DNA of 64,000 nt from Candidatus Binatia bacterium. GTDB taxonomy: Bacteria; Desulfobacterota; Binatia; Bin18. The translations under genes and the position numbers were made by a program. Location of the stretch: the NCBI GenBank assembly GCA_963666315.2, contig CAXXHG010000041.1:27625-91624 (forward strand). The letters run 5' to 3'. This document shows, in pieces, positions 18,326 to 27,934 of this stretch. Position 1 is the first letter of the stretch; every line of letters starts with the position of its first letter. The notes below the pieces were generated by a model. The model saw only the letters and a program-made list of their open reading frames with translations. It did no database searches and was not told the origin of the DNA.

Positions 18326-19482
18326 TTACGAGTCTTCCTGTCGGCATGCCACCAGTTGGGCCATATACGCTCCGGTCTGGACCGGGCTGACCCGCAGGCC
18401 CCTGTCTTGGAACGGCGGCAAGTCGGGAACAATGCCCTGGGCAAGCGGCAACTCTAGCGAGACGTTTACGGTGCGCTGCAGAAAACACTCACGCTTACTA
18501 CACGATTGGTAGCCGATGGTGAGATCAAGCCTGATTGTCTTCTGGTCTAGAGGCTTGAGCACGTTGAGCAGTTCAGTCGTCGCGGTAATGGGGATCCCAA
18601 TATCGACCGTCCCTTCCCAGGCAGGCAATTCCAGCCCCAGTTCCTCCATCACCAGCGGCGTGGCAGCTGGATACACCGGCTGCCCGAGACGTATCCCAGG
18701 CACTGCCTTGACAGTCACCTGCGTTGCCACAAAACCACTGGGAACTGGTTCGGCGTAGATATGCAGGCCTTCCCGAATGTCGAGCCGACAGTACAGTCGA
18801 CGGGTCAACTCGATCTTCAGATCTCCCCCAGAGAGAAAGACGGAGACACGAACGTCGCCGTCTCGATATTCCTGCTGCGGCGCATCTGGGCTCAGGACAA
18901 TCTGCCCACCCGCTTCTTCGAGGAAGCGTTCGGGCACGTCACGGGTGGCGAGATGTTGGTTGAAATATTTCCTGACAACTATCCCCGACGCATCCACGAT
19001 ATAGGTTCCGGGGAACGGGATGCCGTAGAACACCTCGGCGTCCGCTCCGTCGGATCGATCAAGGTGTTCAGGATGCCAAAGCGCGTAATGACCGCGGAGT
19101 CGCTGTCTGACAACAGATCGTAGGTAATACCGTACGTCCGGGCAAAATCCGCCAGCCCGTCTTGGGGATCATAGCTCACCGCAAAGACTTTCATCCCGGC
19201 GGCCTCAAAGTCCGGCAAGCGACGTTGCAACTCCACGAGTTGCGTCATGCAGGACGGTCACCACACGGCCGAGCGTTGAAAACTGAGCACGGCTTTGTGC
19301 TGGCCGCGGGCGGCGTGGAAGTCGATCAGCTCGCCGTGTTGATTCGGGAGCCGGAACTCCGGTAGGCGGTCTCCTACCGCTGGGCCGGTTGAGAAATCCG
19401 GATCCGGAATGCGCCGGGCAGGATGCTCCACAGGCGCAGGACCAACAAAGCCAAACTCATCTTGGAAGCCTTCACTCTCCAT
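18326..19482 (-). CDS. peroxiredoxin-like (AhpC/TSA) selenoprotein fused to a DsbD N-terminal-like domain; Sec75 at UGA 19258-19260; 1-nt frameshift near 19045
   Basis: GPAVGDRLPEFRLPNQHG..FQRSAVW-U-PSC-MTQLVEL..AVSYD..LLSDSDSAVITRFG, then PFPGTYIVDASG and LDIREGLHIYA..YQSCSKRECF. Confidence 0.82.
19227..19243 (-). promoter_or_regulatory. putative bacterial SECIS hairpin
   Basis: minus strand GCAACTC-GTG-GAGTTGC; loop 21 nt after the UGA. Confidence 0.7.
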
Positions 19483-19528
19483 ATTCCGTTCTCCGTTCCA
19501 GCGCCCCATGCGTGTCATATGACGATCC

Positions 19529-20641
19529 CTACAAATTATATAACCGCTTGGCATTCTCGCTGAGGATTTGTTGTTGGGCGTGCGCCGGGAGTTTGGCACA
19601 CGCCTCCTTCACCTCGTCAACAACACCCGGAAACGTGCAATCAAAATGCGGGTAGTCCGACCCCCAAATCACACGCTCTTCCAGCCCCCACTCCACGATG
19701 CCACTCATACTCTTCTCGTCCGTTTCCATCCCGATATAGCATTGCTCGCGAAAGTGCTCGCTGGGTTTCTTTTTGAGCCATGGCACGTAGTGGCCCATGC
19801 TCTCAAAGTGACTGTCCATCCGCTCCAGCCAATAGCCCAGCCACCCTACTCCGGATTCCAGAAACGCCACTTTGAGTTTGGGGAATTTCGTCAACACGCC
19901 GCCACAAATAATATCCATGCACGCGCCCTGCTGTTCCCAGGGGTGACATACCATATGGAAAAAGAACGGGTCTTTGTATCGCTCTTGGCCCAGGGTTGGC
20001 ATCTTGGTGCCGAAGCTACTATGGATGGCCACTGGAACATTGAGCTCCTGGGCTTCTTGCCACAAAGGATCATAAGCCGCGTCGTTGAGCCGGCGACCAT
20101 TAAACGGATTGGGCCGCACAAACACGGCCCGCATGCCCAAATCTTTAACCACGCGCCGCATTTCTGTGATGGACTCCTCAACACTCTGCAAGGGCAGAGG
20201 AGCCACTCCGTAAAAGCGATGCGGATAGGCTTTGCAGAAGTCGGCCAACCAATTGTTATAGGCCCGGCAAGCTGCGGCTGCGACCTGCGGGTCGGTGATA
20301 TCACCGTAGAGGAGCCACAAGGTCGGATAGAAAAAGGCGATCTCAATGCCTTCAAGATCCATATCTTTGATCCGTTGGTGCGGATCGTAGCCGCCGAGAA
20401 CAATCTCGTCCCAGGACATGGTACGTGCTTTGTGGGCGTCGGACATCCCGCCCGGCGTACAGGCAGCAGCGATGGCCATATTGCGATCACGCCTTATCTC
20501 TCCATTGATTTTGAGACAGTCGATGCCTTCCGCATCTTTGGCAATCTGAATCACCTGCTCACGATAGGCCGGTTCGGTGTACTCTTCCCAAACACTCGGC
20601 GGCTCCAGCAGATGGCCATCGGAATCAATGATGCTTGCCAT
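19529..20641 (-). CDS. amidohydrolase_2 family protein
   Basis: IDSDGHLLEP, AFLESGVGW, WGSDYPHFD. Confidence 0.9.
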   Translation of the reverse strand: MASIIDSDGHLLEPPSVWEEYTEPAYREQVIQIAKDAEGIDCLKINGEIRRDRNMAIAAACTPGGMSDAHKARTMSWDEIVLGGYDPHQRIKDMDLEGIEIAFFYPTLWLLYGDITDPQVAAAACRAYNNWLADFCKAYPHRFYGVAPLPLQSVEESITEMRRVVKDLGMRAVFVRPNPFNGRRLNDAAYDPLWQEAQELNVPVAIHSSFGTKMPTLGQERYKDPFFFHMVCHPWEQQGACMDIICGGVLTKFPKLKVAFLESGVGWLGYWLERMDSHFESMGHYVPWLKKKPSEHFREQCYIGMETDEKSMSGIVEWGLEERVIWGSDYPHFDCTFPGVVDEVKEACAKLPAHAQQQILSENAKRLYNL

Positions 20642-20856
20642 GACTCCCTCCTCTCTCGGTGTGAGGCCCTTTTATAATAAGGGCGTTATGTGATCATTCC
20701 GTCATGACCTGGGCGGCTGATGACGACGTCAGTGTCGACACTGCCTTGGCGTGACCTGAGCTTGAATTTACAATGGCTAGTGTAAAACAGTCAATCCCCC
20801 AGAAAGGGGCTGTCAGAGTAAGGTCTCTTGCCGGCCAGCCATCAGCCGCACCCTAT

Positions 20857-20970
20857 GAGGGTGTTTGGAAATTCACCGTACACGTCATTGCGAGCATAGC
20901 GAAGCAATCTGAGACGGTACAAGAGATGGCTTCGTCGCCTCCAGCTCCTCGCAATGACAGGGCCTCTCCA
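20857..20970. mobile_element. partial inverted copy of the MITE/REP at 13292
   Basis: GAGGGTGTTTGGAAA end plus GTCATTGCGAG..GAAGCAATC..CTCGCAATGAC. Confidence 0.7.
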
Positions 20971-20974
20971 CTCA

Positions 20975-21250
20975 TCAGGTACCGGCCCAATAACAAGCGA
21001 TTATTGTTCCTCCTACAATCAGCGTCCATACCTCGAACGTAAGGCGCAACGGCAGCGGCGCATGGCGCAATTCCATGAAATCAAGAAACACCAGGCGGAC
21101 CTTGATGAAAGCGATGATCACGATTGCGACTGTGGCGTACGTGTAACGATCGCCGAAGCCAAAGCCGTGTCCGAGTTGCCACGACAGTGCAGTCGCCAGG
21201 ATCAACCCTAGCCACACGAACGTAATTTTGCGCCGTAGGAGGGAGGGCAT
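20975..21250 (-). CDS. prokaryotic cytochrome c oxidase subunit IV family protein
   Basis: 3 TM segments; IAFIKVRLVFLDFMELRHAP. Confidence 0.8.
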   Translation of the reverse strand: MPSLLRRKITFVWLGLILATALSWQLGHGFGFGDRYTYATVAIVIIAFIKVRLVFLDFMELRHAPLPLRLTFEVWTLIVGGTIIACYWAGT

Positions 21251-21253
21251 TCG

Positions 21254-21841
21254 TTATCTCATCAGATACAACAGTGCGAACAGGACGATCCACACGATAT
21301 CCACCAGGTGCCAGTAGCTCGCGCCACTTTCAAGAGTGCCAATACATTTTTCATCCAGCGAGTCCGTGCGCGCGGTGTGCCACAGAAACGTCAGGACCCC
21401 CAGACCAATGACGACATGCATCAAATGGATACCGGTCAGCATGTAGTAATACATATAAAAATCGTTGCTCGTGATGAAATATCCCGCGCTGATCTTTTCG
21501 CTGTATTCGAACGATTTCACCACCACAAAGGCGACCCCACAGGCACCGGCCAGCAGTATGAGGCGGCTGGTGATTTTTGCGAGATTGTCGCGGGCGGCGT
21601 GAACGGCCAGCGCAACAAACCAGGAACTGGACAGCATCAAGAAGGTGTTCACGGCGCCGTAGGTCTGATTCAAGGTTGCCTGCGAGTGCGTGTAGAGCGG
21701 CACATCCAGCGACCGGTGATACATAAACACCACGAAAAACAGACCAAAAACGAACAGGTCGCCGATGATGAAAACCCACACCCCGGATTCGCCAGGCAAA
21801 TGGGTTTTTGCCTGGCGCGTGGGGCTGGTCAAAGCTGCCAT
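21254..21841 (-). CDS. cytochrome c oxidase subunit III / NorE-like protein
   Basis: GVWVFIIGD, NTFLMLSSSWFVA, LTGIHLMHV, YWHLVDIVW. Confidence 0.88.
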   Translation of the reverse strand: MAALTSPTRQAKTHLPGESGVWVFIIGDLFVFGLFFVVFMYHRSLDVPLYTHSQATLNQTYGAVNTFLMLSSSWFVALAVHAARDNLAKITSRLILLAGACGVAFVVVKSFEYSEKISAGYFITSNDFYMYYYMLTGIHLMHVVIGLGVLTFLWHTARTDSLDEKCIGTLESGASYWHLVDIVWIVLFALLYLMR

Positions 21842-21872
21842 GGGCTTACTGCTCGCTCGCGCTGGTCTCTCG

Positions 21873-22550
21873 TCAGGCCAGAGCTTCTTGCCAATGTCGA
21901 AGGATACTGGTGCGTACCACCACGAACGTCACAGTGTACCAGCCAAAAAACGCGAGCACGCCTAACCAGAAGACGAGCAGGCCATTCCAGGCAAAGGGGC
22001 CGGTCTTGAAGAATATCAGCATGACGCCCGGCAGAAACAGCATTGCGCACCACAGGCAAAAGAAACCGAACCAACGCGGGAAGATGGGTCGCTCGTTCTT
22101 GTCGCCGAGGGTGGCCAGACCGGTCGCGACCACTTGCACGACAAATGTTCCAACCGGCCACAAGAATGTGATCCAGGCCATGTCATTGAAAACCCGGATT
22201 ATTTCCGGATTCTGCTCCGGGCGGAAGGCGGCCGTGGCCCACAACAATTCCGGGATGATCGTAAGCACCGCGTTACTCGAGCCGCTCACCAACTGGGTGT
22301 AGGACAAGGCCGATGGCCCACCCTCTATACGATTGAGTTGAATAGAAATGACAGCGGCGAACGGGATAATCAACGCCCACGCGATCACCATGAGCACTAA
22401 TCCCAGGCGAATTTGCAACGTATGTTGCTGGTACATCGCGGCTATTTCCGTGGCACTAACACTCGGCAGGGGCGGCGGCAGGAAATTCGCGAGCGGCCAG
22501 AATCCCGCGAAAAAGACGAGCAAGAAAACGACCCCGCTCCATGCGCACGC
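21873..22550 (-). CDS. hypothetical multi-pass membrane protein (start uncertain or truncated)
   Basis: about 6 hydrophobic segments; AAFRP, IFPRWFG, FKTGPFAWNG; no clear start upstream of CAWSG. Confidence 0.65.
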   Translation of the reverse strand, partial: ACAWSGVVFLLVFFAGFWPLANFLPPPLPSVSATEIAAMYQQHTLQIRLGLVLMVIAWALIIPFAAVISIQLNRIEGGPSALSYTQLVSGSSNAVLTIIPELLWATAAFRPEQNPEIIRVFNDMAWITFLWPVGTFVVQVVATGLATLGDKNERPIFPRWFGFFCLWCAMLFLPGVMLIFFKTGPFAWNGLLVFWLGVLAFFGWYTVTFVVVRTSILRHWQEALA

Positions 22551-22962
22551 TTGTCTCGGGTGAGCAGCACAAGCTCCCGTTTGTCAATGATATAGGAGCA
22601 GCGGAGGGCATCAGGCAGGCGATCCGGACTGTCTATCTGAACGATATTCGAATCGACCAGATATTGGAGACTGACCTCAAGCGGAAAATTGTCCCGAATA
22701 GTTTCGCATTTGTCCGACTGCTGCTCTGGTGTGTTCGTTTCCGTACGATGGAGAAAAGCGCTTCCAAGATTTGAGGTATTGAGTGCCATACGGCCCTTAC
22801 TGTTCTTAAAATTACCGCAATTTATCCATCGTAGCGGTGTACTGGCAGCCCCGCTTTAACCACAATCGATCATAGAGAGAAATAGCAGCGAAGCAGACGC
22901 GGGTGAGGGGTTCTTTACTTCTGCTATTATGAGAGGCCAGAGAGGGCACAACGATCATCACT

Positions 22963-23517
22963 ATGCTACTCATCCTCGACGTTGATTACACCCTGAATCA
23001 ATTCTATCCACCTTCCTTACAAGACATCGCTCCAGCAGGCTTGATTGGACAAAGCGGACCGCCCATGTGGGAGTGGATTATCCAGCACCTCAGAGAGGTC
23101 GAATATCCTGTTTGGGAAAAAGCGGTCGAGATCGTCCACTGGCTGCATCAGTGCCGGCCTACGGTCGTTGTCAGCACAGGTCGACCCGAAGCCCTTCGCT
23201 CTGAGACCGAGCGCTGGCTGCATCGGTATTTTCGCTTCGATACACTGCTGATGCGACAACCGAACGACTTTCGCCCGAATGCCGAGATTAAACAGGACGC
23301 TTTGCATAAAGACATTGTGCCGCGCATTGGCGATAAACGGGCCTACGCATTTGAGGATGATGCGACCACGCTGACAATGTACCAACAAGAGGGGATTCAA
23401 ACATTGACTGCCCCAGCCTGTTGGGAACAACTCCAGCCGCATATCGAAGAGACCGAACCAACAGCGATTCACTCCGTCCTTGCGTCGTACACGAGGCTGG
23501 ACACGGAGGACGTTTAG
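22963..23517 (+). CDS. HAD-superfamily phosphatase
   Basis: LDVDYTL, STGRPE, LLMR, K, FEDD. Confidence 0.8.
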   Translation: MLLILDVDYTLNQFYPPSLQDIAPAGLIGQSGPPMWEWIIQHLREVEYPVWEKAVEIVHWLHQCRPTVVVSTGRPEALRSETERWLHRYFRFDTLLMRQPNDFRPNAEIKQDALHKDIVPRIGDKRAYAFEDDATTLTMYQQEGIQTLTAPACWEQLQPHIEETEPTAIHSVLASYTRLDTEDV

Positions 23518-23771
23518 GCCTGCGGAGAGACGAGGTTGAGCAACTCGGCCTTCATCTCTCGGCAGCGTTGCTCTTCAAAACTGAAATCCCCGGCACACTG
23601 CTCATACGCCAGCTTCACCACACGAAACCGCGGCATGAAGGCATCCGGAGGCAGAAAGCGCGACTTTGTATACTGCGTCCGAATCGAGATGTCCGGATTC
23701 AGTGCAGCCGGCTCTTTCTGCGTTAGAAAAAGGGAGTTGAAAATCAGCCCAACCAGCAGCAGACTGTTCAC
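23514..23771 (-). CDS. hypothetical small protein
   Basis: open frame with hydrophobic N-terminus; no recognisable motif. Confidence 0.3.
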   Translation of the reverse strand: MNSLLLVGLIFNSLFLTQKEPAALNPDISIRTQYTKSRFLPPDAFMPRFRVVKLAYEQCAGDFSFEEQRCREMKAELLNLVSPQA

Positions 23772-24002
23772 AACGGCCTAGGTCATCCGATTTGTCACCA
23801 CGGCGTTTCTCACACTCCACGACTCTCAAGTGCCAGGACAACAGCTCAATGCGTGTGCCAGTGCAATAGTGGGAAACCGGTGTATATCAGGCAGTTTTTT
23901 CTGAGCGACACCTGATCGACACCTGGGGTAGGAAATTTTAGCCGGGTGTTTTAGGAAGGAAATGACAGTCGTGCCCATATCATTTTTTCCGCCTCACACA
24001 TT

Positions 24003-24638
24003 ATGAAAAATCTCAGCCACGAAGAAGCCGCCCAAACCGCCCGCACGACACTGGACTTCTACGATCAGTTTGCCGAAGCATTCTGGCGCGGCACACAAGA
24101 CCATGACGTCAGTCAGAATCGGGCGGCGTTACTTGATCATCTACACGGTCCAGGCCCGTACCACATCCTCGACTTTGGCTGCGGTCCGGGCCGTGATCTC
24201 AAGGTCTTTCGCGAACTGGGCCATATCGCTATCGGCCTCGACGGCGCTGAACGCTTTGTCAGCATGGCCAAACAGTACACGGGCTGCGAGGTGTGGCAGC
24301 AAGACTTTCTGCAGCTCGATCTCCCTGCCGCATACTTTGATGGTGTTTTTGCCAATGCCGCTCTCTTCCATATTCCCAGTCAGGAACTACCGCACGTGCT
24401 GACCCAGCTGTGGGAAACGCTCAAGCCGAACGGCGTGCTGTTTAGCTCCAATCCACGCGGCAACGATCACGAAGGCTGGCAAGATGGACGCTATGCGAGT
24501 TTTTATACGTTTGAGACCTGGCAGCGTCTACTTATTGATGCCGGCTACCAAGAAGTCATGCATTATTACCGCCCGCCAGGCCGACCACGTCACCAGCAAC
24601 CCTGGTTGGCGACGGTGTTGCGGAAGGCGGCGGAATAG
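24003..24638 (+). CDS. class I SAM-dependent methyltransferase
   Basis: ILDFGCGPGRD, FDGVFANAALFH, LKPNG. Confidence 0.9.
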   Translation: MKNLSHEEAAQTARTTLDFYDQFAEAFWRGTQDHDVSQNRAALLDHLHGPGPYHILDFGCGPGRDLKVFRELGHIAIGLDGAERFVSMAKQYTGCEVWQQDFLQLDLPAAYFDGVFANAALFHIPSQELPHVLTQLWETLKPNGVLFSSNPRGNDHEGWQDGRYASFYTFETWQRLLIDAGYQEVMHYYRPPGRPRHQQPWLATVLRKAAE

Positions 24639-24703
24639 CGGCAGCTACTCATGTCGTCTGGCGTTTGTTATGCAGTGGATATTCTGCAACTCGCGAAGGG
24701 AGA

Positions 24704-25201
24704 ATGCATATGCACAGAAGACAATGGACTGGCTGTATTGGGGGTCTTGGCGGTCTCGTGTTGCTGCTCGGTCTGACAGGTCCGACCTGGGCGCAGGAGT
24801 CACAGCGAACGGTCGTGAGCTTTCTGGCCGAGAAGCGCAACGCCACCATGGCCACCATTCGAGAGGATGGGACATCCCAGCTCACGCCGGTGTGGTTTGT
24901 GTGGGACGGCGAACAGTTTTTCATCTCCACCACAAGCGAGCGCGCCAAGTATAAAAACCTGGTCCGTGACGCACGTATGAGTCTGTGTATCGATGATGTG
25001 ACAGGTTTCGGCTACGTCACGGCAGAAGGGAAGGCGGAAATTAGGGAAAAGGACATTTGGGACGATACACGAAAAATCCTTGTCAAATACCGAGGCGAGG
25101 AAGGCGGGGACGCCTCCCTCAAGGACATGAAAACACAGCCCCGTATTCTGGTTGTGATGAAACCCACCCGCATGGAAACGCAGGGCCTGGCGAAGAAGTA
25201 A
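24704..25201 (+). CDS. PPOX-class F420-dependent oxidoreductase with signal-peptide-like N-terminus
   Basis: MHRRQW..LVLLLGLTGPTWA|Q, then ATIREDGTSQLTPVWF, KYKNLVRDAR. Confidence 0.8.
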   Translation: MHMHRRQWTGCIGGLGGLVLLLGLTGPTWAQESQRTVVSFLAEKRNATMATIREDGTSQLTPVWFVWDGEQFFISTTSERAKYKNLVRDARMSLCIDDVTGFGYVTAEGKAEIREKDIWDDTRKILVKYRGEEGGDASLKDMKTQPRILVVMKPTRMETQGLAKK

Positions 25202-25208
25202 TCAGATA

Positions 25209-25538
25209 CTACGACAGCGGTCGGATCGCGCCGCATTTCCAGCAGGCGGTGAATTGGCCTTCGAGCCCTTCTCCGCACTGTGGACAGTGCCACGACTTGG
25301 GCGGTAACGGTCCGGAGAGGAAGCCCTGGTCATACGCTGTAGCAGTGCTTCGTGCCTGGTCGAAGTCCGCATCGTTGACCACCCACACAGAAGGATTGGT
25401 GTCAGCAGTCACCGGGATAATGCCGCGCAGGGGGAACAGGTGTTCGCCCTGTACGACGGTCTCAATGCCTTCGGCTTCGAGCAAGCCTTTGACCAGATGC
25501 GCTTCGGTTGGATTGTGAGCTGTATACACACACTTCAT
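25209..25538 (-). CDS. DUF2007 protein with C-terminal zinc ribbon
   Basis: EAHLVKGLLEAEGI; WHCPQCGE..CWKCG. Confidence 0.8.
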   Translation of the reverse strand: MKCVYTAHNPTEAHLVKGLLEAEGIETVVQGEHLFPLRGIIPVTADTNPSVWVVNDADFDQARSTATAYDQGFLSGPLPPKSWHCPQCGEGLEGQFTACWKCGAIRPLS

Positions 25539-25539
25539 A

Positions 25540-26550
25540 TCATAACCACCTGCTATGTGTCTGTTGTAGCAAGCTGTCCTGATCCAAAACAGCGTGGGGT
25601 TGTGGGAAAATGCCTAACTCCATATATGAGACAGCGATCTTATCGATTGCGTCAACGAATGCCGCGGTGCGGAGATCAGGGATGTCAGGCTTGCTTTTCC
25701 AGACCTCATGAATGTGTTGATAGGCGTTGATCATCGTCTCCTCTAAGCCCGAATTCACGAGATCGATTTCGTCCGTCCCGTGCACCACTTCTGCGCGTTC
25801 TGCGGCAGACAGAGTTTTACCGGTCAAGCGTTCGACCGTATGCATCAGCCGGTCAAAAGCCGACTGTTCGAAGCGCTTCCCCATGCGCCCGAGACGGACG
25901 TGCGACAGGTTTTTGAGCCATTCAAAATACGAGACTGTTACCCCACCCGCGTTGAGGTAGACGTCAGGAATGATCAGGACGCCTTTGTCTAACAGAATTT
26001 CTTCTGCCTGGGCAGTCACCGGACCATCGGCAGCCTCAGCCACAATTTTCGCTTGAATGCGGGGCGCATTGTCCTCCGTAATTTGGTTTTCAATCGCAGC
26101 GGGAATCAGGATGTCGCATTCCCGCTCTAAAACCGTCTTGCTGTTGGGAATGTTCTCCACGCCGGGGAAATTCAGAACCGACTGCGTCTCTCTTCGGTGC
26201 GCCACGACAGCCTCAACGTCCAGACCCTGCGGATGGTACAGCGCGCCCTCATACTCGGCGATGCCAACGATCCGACACCCACCTTCTTGGCAGAACTTTG
26301 CGGCATGATAGCTGACATTTCCCAACCCCTGCACGATCACCGTTTTACCGGCCAGCCCCCGAGCTAAGCCGATCTTTTTCATATCCTCGGCACTATCGCA
26401 AGCTTCACGCAGACCAAAGTATACGCCTCGTTCAGTTGCCTCGACTCGTCCGCGTATGCCCCCTTGCGCGACTGGCTTGCCGATCACACAGGCGGCAGCG
26501 TCGATCTGCCCAGGGCTGAAGGTCGCATAGGTATCAAAGATCCAGGCCAT
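25540..26550 (-). pseudogene. Glu/Leu/Phe/Val dehydrogenase, N-terminal part deleted
   Basis: starts at MAWIFDTY; [21 protein letters not shown]; substrate-binding N-terminus absent. Confidence 0.8.
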
Positions 26551-26554
26551 CTCC

Positions 26555-26687
26555 CGCCCACTAGTCCCGTAGTCAGGCGCGCGGTTTCATCATTCACGGC
26601 ATTGCGCCGTTCCGGCCGGTTGAGGATGAGGGTGGTCACCGGGCCGTCTTTTTCTACGAGAATTTTCATGCCAGATTCCTTACTCAT
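26555..26687 (-). pseudogene. enoyl-CoA hydratase N-terminal fragment fused to the GDH remnant
   Basis: KILVEKDGPVTTLILNRPERRNAVN, then an abrupt switch. Confidence 0.75.
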
Positions 26688-26774
26688 CTACAAAGATACA
26701 GAGACGTAGCCCCCGTTCGCCCTGAGCCTGTCGAAGGGGAACGGATAAGTCACCCGACACCCCACATCGACCTC

Positions 26775-27683
26775 CTACCGAAACGCTGCGATCACTTCCT
26801 GCAACGCAACCATTTGGTTGCCGTTGGCCGACGACGGCACCAGGATGGGCGTCTTCAGGCCCGTGTCGTACCAGGCTTCTACCCCTTCCCGCACTTCAGA
26901 CACACTGCCGTATAGCGTGACCTGACTCAGCCAGCGGTCAGACATCAAAGACGGAATCTTATCGTCTTCTTTGTTGGCCATGGCTTTTTGGATGGCCCGC
27001 ATTTCCTCTTCATACCCGGCTTCGATCCAGTATTTTTGGTAATTCGGCAGCCGGACATAGGTACTGAGCGTTCGGCGATGTACTTTTGCTGCGGTTTCTT
27101 TATCGTCTGTAATCACGGTCGGGATCATATTGCCGACAAAGAAATCGTCATCCTGCATTTTCTCCTGAGGCAGAAAACTTAGCGAGGTAGACATATGAGA
27201 CAGAGCGGCATTGGCCCACACCGCGCCTTGGGAAATCTCAGCCGACAGCTTGACCATGGCCTTGCGTAAGGTGGCCAGAATAATAGGCGGCAGAGCGTCT
27301 TTTCTGCCCACGCTGGCCTGCAGGTCTGAAACAAACTGGCGCATGTCGGCCAGCGACTTGTTAGCCTGCACCTTGAGCCGATTCAGCATAGGCCCGTGAC
27401 TCACCCCAACCCCGAACCGAAAACGGCCACCAGAGACCTCATGAATAAAGGCCGCCGTCTGGGCATAGTCATACGGATGGCGCGTATACATATTGGCGAT
27501 GCTGGTGCCGAGCGGAATCTCGTGAGTGGCAAAGGCCAGGGCCTCACACAGGCCCAAGCCATCCCCAACGCTTTGGCAAAAAATACCGCTAAAGCCTTCT
27601 TTTTCGATCTGGGCTGCAACTTCCAAAGTTGCCTTTCGCCGTCCCGCCACTGCCACTAGTGCGATTGCCGGTTTTTGGGCCAT
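26775..27683 (-). CDS. LLM-class flavin-dependent oxidoreductase
   Basis: LGTSIANMYTRHP, SGGRFRFGVGVSH. Confidence 0.85.
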   Translation of the reverse strand: MAQKPAIALVAVAGRRKATLEVAAQIEKEGFSGIFCQSVGDGLGLCEALAFATHEIPLGTSIANMYTRHPYDYAQTAAFIHEVSGGRFRFGVGVSHGPMLNRLKVQANKSLADMRQFVSDLQASVGRKDALPPIILATLRKAMVKLSAEISQGAVWANAALSHMSTSLSFLPQEKMQDDDFFVGNMIPTVITDDKETAAKVHRRTLSTYVRLPNYQKYWIEAGYEEEMRAIQKAMANKEDDKIPSLMSDRWLSQVTLYGSVSEVREGVEAWYDTGLKTPILVPSSANGNQMVALQEVIAAFR

Positions 27684-27934
27684 AGGTCCTCCTTCTGCGT
27701 GCTTGTCAGAACAATGCGTTCTTTACAGTAGTCGCCGGATTGTATCTGGTGTGAGCGGGAGTGGCTATCGGTGAGAGGCAGGCCCTAGAGCCGCCTGGTG
27801 CAGATACACCCTCACCCACGTTCGCGAAGCGAACGACACCCCCGTATGTTGACGTAGAGGACAAGTGAGAGCATCGTTTTCTTTTGACATACACACCCGT
27901 GATGTGTACCCTGGGCTAAGAAAAAGTGCTGTGT

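Noticed and set aside
19568-20677. Long antisense ORFs (also 14320-15237, 39525-40550, 734-1462)
   Set aside because: Shadow frames of well-supported genes on the opposite strand in GC-rich DNA
22541-22789. Short ORFs upstream of the COX3-like module
   Set aside because: No recognisable motif or RBS; possibly a gene remnant but unsupported
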